Below, one piece after another: positions 1 to 13,760 of a stretch of DNA of 64,000 nucleotides. This DNA is from Podarcis gaigeae (Eukaryota), in the NCBI GenBank assembly GCA_964106915.2, contig OZ066920.1. The stretch is one strand, 5' to 3'. The position numbers and the translations under genes were made by a program. Every line of letters begins with the position of its first letter. The first letter of the stretch is position 1. A model generated the notes under the pieces. The model did no database searches. It saw only the letters and a list, made by a program, of their open reading frames with translations, and was not told where the DNA came from.

Positions 1-610
1 ATTTTAATGTAAACTGAAAAACTGTATGCAGAATTTTGTCAGAAACCCAAAGAAATATTTCAAATCTGAACTCGTTATGCTTGAGTACATACTTTTTTGG
101 AGCATTTTGCTTCAGTATCATATATATAATGCACTGCACTCAGAGAGGTTTGCAATGAAAGTGTACCTGCTTCACAGATGTATTAGTTATAAAATACAAT
201 TCAGCATTTTTCAAAGTTCCTTAAGAGGATTCTATAACTGACACCTTGTAAATATGACAGATTCAACAGGTTGAAATATGTAAGAAGAGTGAAAATGGGC
301 TTGATGTGTACATGATTGAGGTGTAGCCCAAATAATACACAGGGAAACAAAGCTAAGTGAAGAGTGAAGGGTGCTTCTTTCACAGAATTTGTTATTCTTT
401 CAATTTTGTGCAGTATGCTAACTTACGGGTTCCCATTTGGTATATCTCATACATAAGACATATTCAAGTGGGTACCTGGACACCACCAAGTGGGTTTTGT
501 TGTGCTCCAAACACTTGAAAAGGCAGAAACCAATTGGAGCATAACAACATCCAACTAGTGGTGTCCCACCACCTCCCAGAAACACCAGTGGTACCTTCTT
601 GCCTTTTATG

Positions 611-616
611 ATAGAT

Positions 617-670
<54 letters not shown>
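611..670. repeat. (GATA)n microsatellite
   Basis: Directly visible tandem gata run. Confidence 0.97.
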
Positions 671-672
<2 letters not shown>

Positions 673-1095
673 TCAGGTTTTGGCTATAATTCACAAAACT
701 CCAAGACTAGCTGCACAGATCCTCTCCTTCTTTAAGCACACCTCACCTCATACAATGCTATTTTGACTCACCTGCCAACCTATAACGTTGTAATTTCGTC
801 ACATAAAAGTGGGATGTTTTAGACAGATTCTCTTCTAACCATTAAGATGTGTTCCAGTAACAATTCATGGAATACTGGTAGTGTGGCAGTAGTGCAGAAA
901 TTGAGTAGTCAAATCCCTACGCTTGCTTTACTCACTTTAGAATTTGAAAAGCTAGCTCCCCCTTGCACTTTTCCTTTGTGTACGTTCATACAAACTGGAA
1001 AATGATTGCATTAAAAAAAAAAAACACAACCCATCATAGTTCCTGTCAAAATGGGCCACATCCTCTTTGTTCCTTCTATTCATGTGTGGAGTGGG

Positions 1096-1403
1096 NNNNN
1101 NNNNNNNNNNNNNNNNNNNNNNNNNNNNNNNNNNNNNNNNNNNNNNNNNNNNNNNNNNNNNNNNNNNNNNNNNNNNNNNNNNNNNNNNNNNNNNNNNNNN
1201 NNNNNNNNNNNNNNNNNNNNNNNNNNNTTTAACAGTTTTAGTTAAATTCCCATGACACTCTTANNNNNNNNNNNNNNNNNNNNNNNNNNNNNNNNNNNNN
1301 NNNNNNNNNNNNNNNNNNNNNNNNNNNNNNNNNNNNNNNNNNNNNNNNNNNNNNNNNNNNNNNNNNNNNNNNNNNNNNNNNNNNNNNNNNNNNNNNNNNN
1401 NNN
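1096..1403. other. Two N-blocks (1096-1227, 132 nt; 1264-1403, 140 nt) separated by a 36-nt island
   Basis: Runs of N. Confidence 0.99.
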
Positions 1404-3102
1404 CTCCTTCTCTCTCAATCTGCCCCCACCCCTTTTTTCTGGCACAATAATATTAGATGGAGATATTACTTTCCATAGTGTTCTGTGCCATCTTTTATTG
1501 TTAGAATAAGTGGTGTGAAAGTGAAACAAGGCAACGAAATAAAATAAAAAGGCCTTTACTTTGATTCAGTATACGATGAAGTCTTCCCCTTAATGGGCTC
1601 CTGGGAGATACTGGTTGTAATTCATGTTGCTAAATTAAAGCAACCCATACTAATTTGGAACGGTGAGATCAGGATACATCATTATGTAGATCAAACATGG
1701 GGGAAGCTAATGAATTAGGTTGCTCCCCTCCCCTCTATATTTGGATGCTCTTCCCTAGCTTTTTAGGGCCTTTCTGCTTCAGAGAAGAGGACATTGGGCA
1801 CCTGTTGGTCTCTTTTGTGAAAATAAGATATTTAGATATTGTGAGGAAGGAAGCCATAGTCAGCCAAGTCAGATCAAGGAAGAATCTGGGGAACTTCCAT
1901 GAGTCCAAAATGCTGAGTTCCGAATGACTTACTCAGACCCACAATTTCCACCATTTTGTTTGATCTTCAGGGGTACCTATGCAGCCCATGTAGTTAGGCA
2001 GTCAAGCAGGGCTACCTTGAAGACTCAGTTCATGGCCGAAAGCCATGCATTAGAAATATGGCTGCATAATTAACTTGAATTGTCCCATTCATGATGAGCA
2101 ACACTAATGGGAAGTTGGCGCTCCCATGCTGTATTTTGCAGAACTCAATTGCCCATTTATTATATCAGCAATAAAACCATCACCTCTATTATACATATAA
2201 GTATTAGAACTGAACTGAAGGAATATAGCCAAATCTGATTAGCTGTGTAGTCTGCTGACACCATCCTAAGATCTGTTGGGGAATTGGTATACATGTTATT
2301 AAACGGGTGAAAGGAATAATGAGAACATATGAGCTAGCCCTATTGCCTAGGATTCACTCACCATCCACATACCTGGATGTTTGGCCTCCATCTGAAGGAA
2401 TCCTGCACAAATATGTGCACACATAGGGTTCCTTTAACAGGGATGCACAATTGACTAAGCTTCCTGTTCCCATGGCTCTCCCAATGGATCAGAAGAGGGG
2501 TGGAGTCAGCATGCATAGGTGTCCAAGGGCTAATTAAAGGGACCTGAAGTGCTTCTTTCAATCCAAAAATCACAAGGAAGAGCATTCAGAACAACCACAG
2601 GAAACAATTTCTTTCTTTCTTTTTGGTCATAGTTACTATTTGTCGCAAGTCAGTTTCTAGTTAGCATTCACACCTTTCCCTCATCTAATCTATTTTCATT
2701 GCTTTTATGTGGGGAGGAATTGTGTAAATTCAGGACATGATCCAGCCATTGATTTTTTTGCAGGGATTTCAGCTTGGGCTTAACTTTCTCAACAAAACCA
2801 GTAGGGCTCAAACGTGTTTGCATTTGGCTGGATTGTGCCCTCAGTTAATATCATGTGGGGTATGTTTCCGTGTGTATTTTACTTTCTGCTTGGTTGGTCC
2901 ACCTATAAGATCCTACATTTCAGCAGTGAAAAGCTGTTTGTGTGAATGAAGGCTCATCCTCTCCCCCACCCCAATCTATCATGTTAAAACCATTAGGCCT
3001 GGATTTAATAGAGTCTTTTTAATTGTTGTGTTATAGGTACCATTGGCACCTCTCCCTTTTTTTTATCCCTCTCCCTCTCTCCCCTTATTTCTCTCTATCA
3101 CT

Positions 3103-3250
3103 NNNNNNNNNNNNNNNNNNNNNNNNNNNNNNNNNNNNNNNNNNNNNNNNNNNNNNNNNNNNNNNNNNNNNNNNNNNNNNNNNNNNNNNNNNNNNNNNNN
3201 NNNNNNNNNNNNNNNNNNNNNNNNNNNNNNNNNNNNNNNNNNNNNNNNNN
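3103..3250. other. N-block (148 nt)
   Basis: Run of N. Confidence 0.99.
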
Positions 3251-5199
3251 GGGTTATCTTTATTTTTCCAAATTGTGATCACCTGAACTGAGCATTAGTA
3301 CTCTTTTCTTTTCATAATCCTTTCAGAAATAGCTGGGACAGGCCATTGTCCACCCACACAGAATGTTTATCTGTGAATATTTTTTACGGTTTGGACATTT
3401 GGCAGGCTGGCTGTTTTTGAGAGTGGAAGATGAACTCCATTGAGATGCCATCAACAACCGTATGGCCACTGAGACAGCTTGCGAGCCACCACATAATGGT
3501 TTGAGCTTCTGGCATGTCTCGCTGTCAGAAAGCATTTTTTTTCTCTGGACACAACAGAAGACCCAAGCAGGAATAGACACTGTATCAAGATCTGTCTACA
3601 CATGAAGTCCACATGAAATAAAGTCTTGAATGGTGGCTGCTCCACACAGTGGCAGTAATATGCATAACGGCGCACTGAATGCATCACCTCCCAGTTCACC
3701 TCTACACAACTGGACAGCCACTTCTGACATAATTTCTCTGTGTGTATGCCAGATTTCTTGAAAAGATTATTTCAGCTCACTGGAACACATATTCATTCAC
3801 AAAGGCCGACCTGACTAGTGAGGAAGAATATAAAATATTGTTGTGATATGCACTCATTGAAAGGTTTGTTGATCTTTTCAATAGCTGGGGGGGGGGCAAG
3901 AAGGTGGAGGCACAACAATGGAGATACCTGATATAGAAAACCATAAAGCCCACAGGAAAAAAATTTGGTTTTCATTATGAAGACTGAACAAATTAAAAAG
4001 TCTGTTAGAGCAATTAGTAAACAGAAAATATCTGTGAAATTCATTGAATAAATTGTTCCCTTATGAGTTCTTCACCCTGCTACATACAGAAAATAAATAT
4101 CCTGACTACTTGCAGAAAAATGCACATTCTTTCAGATTAGGATACATTATCAAAATTACAGTAACATAGATAGTTACTGTAAAACATAGGTTTTTTTATT
4201 TTCAGTTGTGTATAAACACAATTACAAAACGTCCCCACCCCACCCCAACTTCCCCGCTTCCTCCCCTAGGACAGATCAGTTGATTAAGTTTTGCCAAAGT
4301 CCAGTTTGTGATTTTGGTGGATGCCCAGGAGATGGGGAAATCCAGAGCCTAATTGGGCCTGGCTTTTGGCTGAATCACTCAAACACATTGTGTCCTCTGT
4401 AATCGGGGAAAACCTTTCACATTTTTAACAGAACCCTACAGTTGTTTGTACACTGTATAGAAACATTGCAAGTGGTCTTCCAGTGATTAAAGTTGCTTTT
4501 TCCTTTAATAACTGCTAAGAAACAGGAAATGCAATTTCCTCACACCTTTCCCGAAGCCAGGTCCTTTGAGGAGTTCCCTACTGTATATTCCTTCATCAAC
4601 ATGGCATTCATCAAGGGGCCCACACAGACTCCATTAAAATTAGCTGAGCTCCACTTTAGTGACAAGGAGCTGCCTTTCCCCAGAGGAGTATAGTGGTTTT
4701 GCGTTGCTTCCTATCTGAGCAAAATCATGTCTTTAATTGCGAAAAATATTTTCACTATCTTTTAATTTTCACTATCTTTTAAAAATGGCTATGAAGCCAT
4801 TTTTGCACGACATTTTCCATGGCTGTGGGTGTCCCTCAGCAACCACCTTTGCAACCGCTACTACATAGGTAGAGGTTGTATACAGTCCCTTTGTACAATA
4901 CTGACTTGATAAATGCAACCTGGAAAGAGATGAAAAGGGTCTGGAAGGTTTGCCCTTATGCAAGTGAACTTTCAGGGAGGAGCCACCGAGGTGGGACTTT
5001 GCTCCTTTCCCATTTATCACTACCGACATAACAAGGACACAGGAGCCCCTATGATTTATACTGATTCCTCTTCAGATGCACTCAGAAACCCTTGGCATGT
5101 GTCACAGCTGGAACAGGTGGTACAAACTGTATATCTCCTATAATTTGAAGCTGCTCTAGATGCCACTATATTAAGGCTTTAGTAGCAGAGCTGGATTAA

Positions 5200-5360
5200 T
5201 TTATACGGAGTGCTTCCGTTCTGCTGCCTGTGTTGGCCTCGGGTGTTAAGATCAGCAAATGGGGTCCTCTTGGTCATTCCACCGCCCCCAGAGTTTGGAG
5301 GAAGGTGGCATGGGAGAGAGCATTCTCTGTGGCAGCCCCTAAGTGGCGGAATTCCCATAG
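5200..5360 (+). mobile_element. L2-type LINE 3' ORF2 relic
   Basis: agagcattctctgtggcagcccctaagtggcggaattccc reads RAFSVAAPKWRNS, resembling the L2 C-terminal RAFSVAAPxLWNSLP motif. Boundaries approximate. Confidence 0.65.
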
Positions 5361-6419
5361 AGGTGCATCTGACATAGTGTGCTGCAGAGAGGTGGTCACC
5401 TGACCTGTTTGATCACATTGCTACTGCTTACTGGGAGATAGGGTGGGGACTGAGGAGATGGCCAAAGCTGATGCAGTTCAAACACACCAACAGGAACCTC
5501 ATATTGGCAAACTGCTGTGTTGGCTATCAGCCAGAGGTTAGATGAGCACTGCTGCCACACCACTCTGTCTGCTACTGATTGGCCTCGTTGGCCAAGTTTA
5601 AACTGTGTTCTTTGCTCCTAAAATGTGGGTGGGGCGGTGGAGTTGATGCTTTGACCCAGCTCTAGCCCACATGCATGTAAATATACACACAACAGCACAT
5701 CTAAAATCTGTGATCATTATTGTGATCATTGCTGGCTACGGATATCTTAAAGAAAAACAAAACCTGCAAAGGGATAAACTGAGCGTTAAACTGCAGCTTT
5801 CGAGAGCAGCATTATAGGGAGAGAATGAGAATGATGTTATTATTTTTCTTCCTCCTTTGTCACTTCTGTCCTTTTATGCATGTTTCTGTTACATCTAGCA
5901 AGAGGCCACTGTCATGAGAGAAACAGTAAAAAAAAAAATCCTGAGTATAGTGAAATAATTTAGCTGATAATTCCCTACTGTATAATTTTCTACGCTTCCT
6001 GCTAGCTGACCTTGTGGGCTCTTGTCAGGTTGCTAAGGGAAATCCAGCGGGGCTCCTGATCTGCTCTCCTATTTTTAAAGAAGTATTACAGAGCAAGGGA
6101 GGATGTTTATGTCAGCTTAATGATGCACATATTTGATCAAATGGCATTCTGTAACTTCATGTTTTAATGTTAGTGAAAGCTGAGCAAGACATGGCTCCAC
6201 TTCCCCCTCCCAAATTTATCACATTCAATTCTGATCTTGTCAGGTATGGTCAGGAAAAATGGGAATTAATTGAAGTATTAATAAGGTAAAAATATTCTTC
6301 ACAAAGAGATAGAAAATCTCTTGAGACAGCTCACAGTGACTGTAGATTTCATGGCAAAGGTCTCAATCCAATGTAATAATCTTTATTTATCATTTCGGGA
6401 AAAGCTATATCATTTGTCA

Positions 6420-6490
6420 TCTTGTTCATCCTCACAACAACTCTGTGAAGTAACTTGCTAAAATTCCCTTCTTACTGATGGAAAACTAAT
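6420..6490 (-). mobile_element. MIR/CORE-SINE fragment
   Basis: atcctcacaacaactctgtgaagta...cttactgatggaaaactaa resembles the reverse-strand MIR core. Confidence 0.55.
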
Positions 6491-7012
6491 GCAAATTTGG
6501 TAAGATAAGTAATGAACAGACTAAACTGGCTCTCAGAGAATTATGGAATTGTCCAGGAAATAGACATGGGGCATCTCACAACCAAATCATTAACCATACC
6601 CTCAACCTGCTTTGTGATTCATTAATAATGTTGAATGGTGTGGATGGAAGGCTGTGTAATTCATTCATTTATTTACCCTAAAGTTCCCAGGGCAGGTTAT
6701 AACATTAAAACACAACACTAAAAATAATTTAAAACAACCTAAAACCATAAAAATATGGTGAATTCTAATTCCATGTACAGTGGCAGGAACTTCCATCAGA
6801 AATGCACCAATTAGATTGTTCTATGTACTAGAAGCAATTTTTTTTTTACACAAGCGATAACAGTGGCCAGAGTTTCTTTTATTGATATTAATACTATTTT
6901 GTTAGGTTTCTTGGAATCTTTTGCCTCCTTTTTGGTTGAGGCAAAAATGTCTGTTTTATTCTTAATTATTTATTTGAAGTGTTTTGCCTGTTTTATTGTT
7001 TCTGGTTGGTAT

Positions 7013-7015
<3 letters not shown>

Positions 7016-7058
<43 letters not shown>
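7016..7058. repeat. (GT)n microsatellite
   Basis: Directly visible. Confidence 0.97.
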
Positions 7059-7059
<1 letters not shown>

Positions 7060-8839
7060 TTGACTTGCTTTTTCTTTTTGGGGGGGTTGTGTGGGTGTGG
7101 GTGGAAATGCCGGCTCTTTTTTGCCTGTGTTTTAGGGTTCTATGGGTGTTATGGGAAGGTGTGTCCAGACTTTTATCTTGGATCTGCAAAAAACCCATCA
7201 TATTAGGACAGTTTCCTTCCAACGTTGTTGACTTTTTTTATTGCTGTCGTTTATTTGTTTAATTTTTAGGATTGTTGTGAAATGTACTTTTTTGTAAGCT
7301 ACCTTCAGTATGATTTATTTATTTTTTAGAAAAATTACTGCTTTTTCACATATAATTAACATAATTTAAAATACCATAAACAACAATACCAGCTAATCTG
7401 TCATTTCTTGAAAAAAAGGCGTAACAGCAGCTTAAAGTTGGTCTCACTACTTAAAACCAGTTTATAATGCATATTAAGAACGAATCCAATAGGAAAGGTG
7501 AGGTATAAATGTAACAAGCCCATCAATTATGTAGCCCACAGTAATATAGTCCAAGTACTGTATGTGATTCTTATCTCATAATTGAAAAAGTATATTCAAC
7601 TCCAAAGTGTATGCCTGCAACTCTTTTAGATATTGTAGTTGCATGTAATTAACACATCATTTTCGCCAGTGGGGTGCATGCCAAATTACTGTAACAGTCA
7701 GCTGCAGAATATTCTTAGTCTTGATTTTTTTTTTTTAGTGTTGGGGAGACATGACAGATTATGGAAAAGCTGACATACAGGCTTGATTCAAATGTTACAG
7801 AACTGAACCCAGTGGGCTCCGCCACTCACCCCCTTTCTCCCCAGTCCCCCTTTCTTCTTTTCATGGTTTAAAATAACTGGACTTTGTCAGGGCATTCAAA
7901 TTGAGCAGTCTCTGGCTTCTGTTGATTGTAGTTGTTCAAAAACAGGGTCAGAGAAGCAATGGTTTGGAGAAACCCAGTTTGAAGGCATACTAGTTCTGAG
8001 TAGCCATAGTTTGCCTGATTCAGACTTCATGGCAAACTGCAATTATCTCAAACCATGGATGGGAGGTAAACAAAGTCAATGAATTATGTACTGTAACAGG
8101 TTATTGGAAGATGCAGCAAGTCCTTGTGTTAAAACATAAGTGTGGGAGGAAATGAATTAGGAACTCATTCACTGAAATATTTTCTGATCTCTTTAGTATT
8201 CATTGAACCCATCCTTCCACCATACCTGTCAACTTTTCCCTTTTCTAGCGAGGAATCCTATTCGGAATAAGGGAATTTCCCTTAAATTTCCCTTAAACGT
8301 TGACAGCTATGCCTTCCACCACTACACTCACCATGTTTACAATATCCTGCCTCCATCTGTACCCATGAAAAATGCTTACACTCTATCAACAATAAACATT
8401 TCCAGTATTACAGCAAGTTGTAGTCCAAAAACAGGTGGAGACCCAAGTTTGGGAAACACTGCTTTAAAGTTTTTGGTTGGTTGGTTGGTTTGCAAGTTAT
8501 CTGTTTCGACCTAAGAAATACTCCCCCTTCCCATAAAGAGTGGAAAGGCATTAAAAGCAATAAATCACTCAGTCATAAACAGCCTGGAAATATATACAAA
8601 ACACTGTTTTGTTAATTAATATGCTCAGGCCTATTGCTATATGTACTTGATTGTGTTTGATGGATTTAGGGCTAGCTTTTATTTTCTTCAAGTTTAAAAT
8701 GTTTAATTATTCAAACTTTACTTACTTAATTTATTCAGACTGATGCACTATCATATTCTCTAAGACTTGGGGGTAGTGCCTTAGGGATTCTGTGATCAGG
8801 ATGAGGGCAGACTGGCAATCACTCTGAAGTTATTGGATG

Positions 8840-8877
8840 TAACTGTTTCCTTATCCTATAACTGTTTCCTTATCCTA
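8840..8877. repeat. 19-bp perfect tandem duplication
   Basis: taactgtttccttatccta x2. Confidence 0.9.
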
Positions 8878-9636
8878 ACTTTTTTGGGTATGTTTTTATT
8901 TATTTTCAAGAATAATATTTAGGTTCAGAATAATAAAACTGTCTTCAGCACTACAGAAATTTGTTGTTTTTGAGTCAGTAGCAGTTGCTGTGAAGGTTGG
9001 TGAATGCAATACATCATTAATGAACATTTTTGACAACAAAATGCTTAAAACAAGCATTCCACATTTATCCAACCCAACCCACTGCTGGTTACTTGGTAAC
9101 AGTGAATTCAACAAATGAATGAAGCAGCACCAGGCCATCTTTTTCAATCTGCATTTAGTTTACTGCTGATTTAGTTGTTTTGGAACTGTTTGTAATGACT
9201 TGGTTTTAACTGTTTTTGTTTATAATTTTAATAGTTCTTGTAAATCACTTAAGAGGTTTGGTTGATAACAATCAAGTGGCATGTATACTTTGTTCAGTAA
9301 AAAAAAAAAATTAGCATCTTCCACATTTTCCTGGACCTCTTTTAATTCCAGGGCATGGGGTTGGGAATGGCAGGTGCCAATTGGAAAAAGAAAAATGGTG
9401 GAGGATATTTGGTTAGGAGGAGAAACACCAAAAATTCCTGGGGGAGGTGAATTTCTTCTGTCTTAATTTTGGTTCAGCTCTAATAATAACCATTTACAGG
9501 AAAAAAGGGGGATAATTAAATACAATTTCAGCTTATTTTAAAGTTTGACATCAGTTCTAGTTTGATGTTTGAAACATTTAAGCCATACCAAACTGGGCTT
9601 GCCCTGATTAACTGCATTTGCATTACAACACACACA

Positions 9637-9874
9637 CAGTGGTACCTCTGGTTACGTACTTAATTCGTTCCGGGGGTCTGTTCTTAACCTGAAACTGTTC
9701 TTAACCTGAAGCACCACTTTAGCTAATGGGGCCTCCCATGTTGCACCACTGCCATGCTATTTCTGTTCTTATCCTGAAGCAAAGTTTTTAACTCGAGGTA
9801 CTATTTCTGGGTTAGCGGAGTCTGTAACCTGAAGTGTATGTAACCAGAAGCGTATGTAACCCAAGGTACCATTG
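9637..9874. mobile_element. Tc1/mariner-pogo (Tigger-like) MITE
   Basis: Ends cagtggtacct / aggtaccattg, TA at the right flank, internal taacctgaa repeats. Same family as 53784-53998 in opposite orientation. Confidence 0.88.
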
Positions 9875-12800
9875 TATAGTAAACTACCTAATTACATTCC
9901 TGTCTGCTTTTGCTCTTATTGAAGTTTCCTGCAAGTTTTTTATTATTATTTAATTAATTAATTTAATTTATGTACTTCTTACTGCCAAAAAGACTTCTAA
10001 GTGGTTTACAAATGTAAAGCCAATTGTAAAAATATATCCCCACGTAATTAAAATGCACAATAACACCAAAACATTAGAAACATCCATAATCCACCTGTCA
10101 CTTTAAAAAAATTATACTTCATGCAAGCACACAGGTTTAATAGGTCAACTTCCAGTCGGAGTGAAATTCCTTTCCAGCCAGGCCTGGTGCTGTGCCAGTC
10201 AAATGAGCTGAACTAAGAAACCCAGATCATCCCAGATGCTTCTTACCATATTCCAAAGGTTTTTTTTATGATGCTTCTAATGTGTTTTGGCATAGCAGGT
10301 ACTGCACACAGGTGCAGCCATTGCCTTCTGCACAATTTTCTCCGGCCTAGGAAAGTTTTCCCGTGCAGTGCTTAGAAGCAATAATAAACCATTGATTTGC
10401 GTCCAAATTGTTCTTAGGCAATTATAAGGAATTGATCTAACCAGGCTGTGGCTGGTGGCACTGAGTGTTTTGCAGCCCTTGTTACCTCTGACCTCGTAAC
10501 TGCAGCACTGACTCATTGAGAGAGGAAGGGAGGGGGGAAAAACCTTGTCCCTTCAGATGAGGTTTTAATTTTAAGCTTCTAGCAGGTATAGAAAAACAAG
10601 CTGTTGAAATGGTCAGGCGAAGAGACGTGGGTTGCATAAGTAAGGCATTTGCAAGCAGTATGTTGCTCTGTGTTGAACTGCAGTAAGCTCTAAAACAAGT
10701 GGGCTTCCTGTATTCTTCTGTGGTCATAGATAGGCTTAGAATCAGGAACTGCCTCAGCTGGCTTGCTCTGTATCTCAGCTGTCACAAGAAGAGTGCACTA
10801 ATAGTCATGATTAAATGTCATTAGTCTGTGGCTCAGGAACAGAGATGCTGGCGTTGTTTTGGAGGCAGTTCTTGTTAAAATTCAGCAATAGTAGCAAATT
10901 ATGTCTGCTATGGATTAAGCCCAGCCATTTTTGATCCGCATTCTGTTGCATGCACTTGAATTCCTGTCAATAAGCTTATGCCTTATAGGCATTGATTCCT
11001 GCAGGCCTTTAGCTAAAGAACAAAAAAGGCACTCAGTGATCGAATCTGTGAAACATGTGCTTGCGGAAAGCCAGCATTTGTTGAAATTCCACACCAAATC
11101 AGCCAGGGCAATAGATTTAATTTATTAAAGAGTAACTTTGTGCCTTATTTTAATTTGTTATCCTCAATTTCTCTCTGACTTGACCTATTGTTATTTATCT
11201 GACTCCATCTGTCTGTATTCTGAATTTTTATCGTGAAGTGCAGGGACACAAACAGTACCTTTAAAAACACACACCAAATGTACAGTATCTTTTTTACTTC
11301 TTGTATGTTGCCTGCTAGCATTCCATAATATGGTAACTGTATCTCTGAAGGAGTGAGAATGAAATAGGTTTTGGTTATTGATTTTAAAAGCATGATGTGT
11401 TTTATGTTTGTTTGGCAATATTTTGCATCATAAATAAAGGAGAACATTGTAACTGTAGAGAATATGGCAGAAATATCATCCTTTATTTTTCTGCTTTTCA
11501 CTGCTTATTCTGGAGCAGCATTTGGGGACTAGACAGTGTGGGTGTTAGTGGACAGGCACATGGGAATGTAGATAAGCAGGAACCTTAGATTTTGGAAATG
11601 TGACAGATGGATTTTTTTGTGTGCAATAAAAGTAGTAGATTTTTAATATAATGTTAATAGTTGTAGGTTATATTAAACTATGCGGAGCAAGAGAGCAGTT
11701 ACCCTTGCCCATTTAGGTGATGAACCTCATTTCATTATGCAGAATATAGCTGAGTAATTCTTGAATGAGAGGAGAGCTTTCTGGTAGTCCTTTGTATTCT
11801 GCATTTGCTTACTCGACTAAAATGAATAATCACAGATAAATATGAGTATGAATGAAATCTAGGGTCCGTCCCCCCCCCCCCCCGTATATGTTGCAACCTG
11901 TAAAATATTGGTAGCTGTCTTCAGAATATTTTTAAAATTTTACAGTTCTAAATGAACATAATGTTTCGGCGTGGCTGCATTTATACTGTATATTGTGGCC
12001 AATGTCACCTTATTGCCCCTTTTGAGATAACAACACAAATGTCCATGTGAACTGGTCCTGTGGTTTCATGGATCATGTGATGAAAGATGCCAAAGAAGAC
12101 AGGATTCCAGGGGTCCCTAGACTCTCAGATAAAAGGCCATTGCCTTGAATATCATTTACAAATGAGTTGGCAACCTGCCAGAAGGTATTATTTGGGGAAA
12201 CTAAGGTAATGTCCTTCTCCTTACCCACTCTGTTTGCCAGAGTTGCCTGTTCTGTTAAGGAGCCTAACCTTGTACATATGGTGATTGAGCTGTCACAGAC
12301 ACTGACAACCCTCACAAGTAGTACATGTTGTGTGCCTTTTGCCCAGCGTAAATTATTGGGAGAACTCTTTGCCTCATCACACAAGACCTTGATGAATATA
12401 TTAGTCCACCATACTTAGCATCATTTATCCTGCTCTCTGCACTTACAGGCATATCCGCCACAGACACTTCGCTAACTGCTTAGAAGGGAGCTGAGATGCC
12501 TGAATCCTGTTTAGTCATGGTATATTTATTATCCATTAGTACAGTTTGTGTCAAGCTGAAAAACTGAAACCAAACTGAACTCAGTACGTTCCTGGTCACC
12601 TGTACTGCTCACTAAATGCTTGGAATCTAACTCAAACTATAGCTACCCTGGTGTTTATGGCACTTTGCAGGCTTAAAATCTCTCAGAGCAAATTCTGTCC
12701 AAGGGAGTTAAATTTCCATATTGGCATTGATTCTTAAGACTCAGCCCTGAGGCTGAGACATCAAAGACCCCCACTTCCCCCTTGAGGGCAGATTCTGCCA

Positions 12801-13475
12801 CCACAGAGGCAGATATCTCAGACTGGATATGAAAGCTGTTGTCCTCTAAGGAATATGCCTAGTAAGAAAGCACTTGAGTTCAATCCTGGAAACTAGATGC
12901 CCAGCTTCACTAGGCTGCTAACTCCTTCAGCTAATGTAGCTTTTCCTATGCATATATACTTATGAACATGTGTGTGTGCATATATTAACACACACAAACA
13001 CATTACACTTAGTGTGGTGAAAGCAAGAAGAAAGGTCTTTGATTTATTCTATTTTAGCCATTTTTATGGTTCAGAATGGAATATGGGCCTTCAGTACTAT
13101 AGTTGTCATTCTAACAGTGCTTTTTCTCCTTCACCAACTTAAACTCGCAGGGAGTGTGGCAAAGCAGAGGAAACAGGAGTTCATGAACACTGAGTCATCT
13201 GATTAGCCCTAGGAAATCCAATAGACTCTTCATTTTATGCTGTGGTGAAAAGCTGACTTGTAGCAGAAAAGGCATGCTGTGGCTTCAGGGTGCCCACATG
13301 TACCAATCAACATACTTTCTCCAATAACAGAGAACCAATATTTGCACCTCCACCATCTGAGGTTCATCAGATGGACAGATGCTGCCTTCTTAGTCAACAT
13401 CCCTCAGCTGCAGGGCAGCTTCCCAAGTGCATTTCTAAAATTTCACTTACTAAGAGGGTTTTTGAAATGCAATGG

Positions 13476-13760
13476 GACCAACTAAGTTTGTTCTGGGTAT
13501 AAGCTTTCGTGTGCATGCACACTTCTTCAGATACACCTGAGGTCACCTGACCCTTACATATAGTGGGAGGGTGGAGTGGGGTTTTTCTCAGAAGGGTAGT
13601 AGGAGATGGGTGATTGACTCAGTGGGTATGGTAAACCTGTTGATGACTGTTAACGACTGCAATTAGTCCTACAGTAAAAGGCAAGGGATAGTATGCAGAT
13701 GACCAAAAATAGCTTTAGCATATGTAATGAGACAAGAATCCAATATCTCTATTCAGACCA
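13476..13760 (-). mobile_element. Penelope-like retroelement 3' end (ORF C-terminus and 3' UTR)
   Basis: Minus strand 13759-13715 encodes GLNRDIGFLSHYIC*, typical of the end of PLE GIY-YIG ORFs. Followed by the PLE tail ctgaagaagtgtgcatgcacacgaaagcttatacccagaacaaacttagttggtc. Confidence 0.85.
13497..13534 (-). ncRNA. Minimal type I hammerhead ribozyme motif (PLE-associated)
   Basis: Minus strand GUAU-CUGAAGA-A-GUGUGCAUGCACAC-GAAA-GC-UU-AUAC: catalytic boxes CUGANGA and GAAA, stem I GUAU/AUAC, palindromic stem II, minimal palindromic stem III (AGCU). Confidence 0.8.

Noticed and set aside
12073-12418. Overlapping 103-aa and 83-aa ORFs
   Set aside because: No recognisable domain and no convincing splice-site pair.
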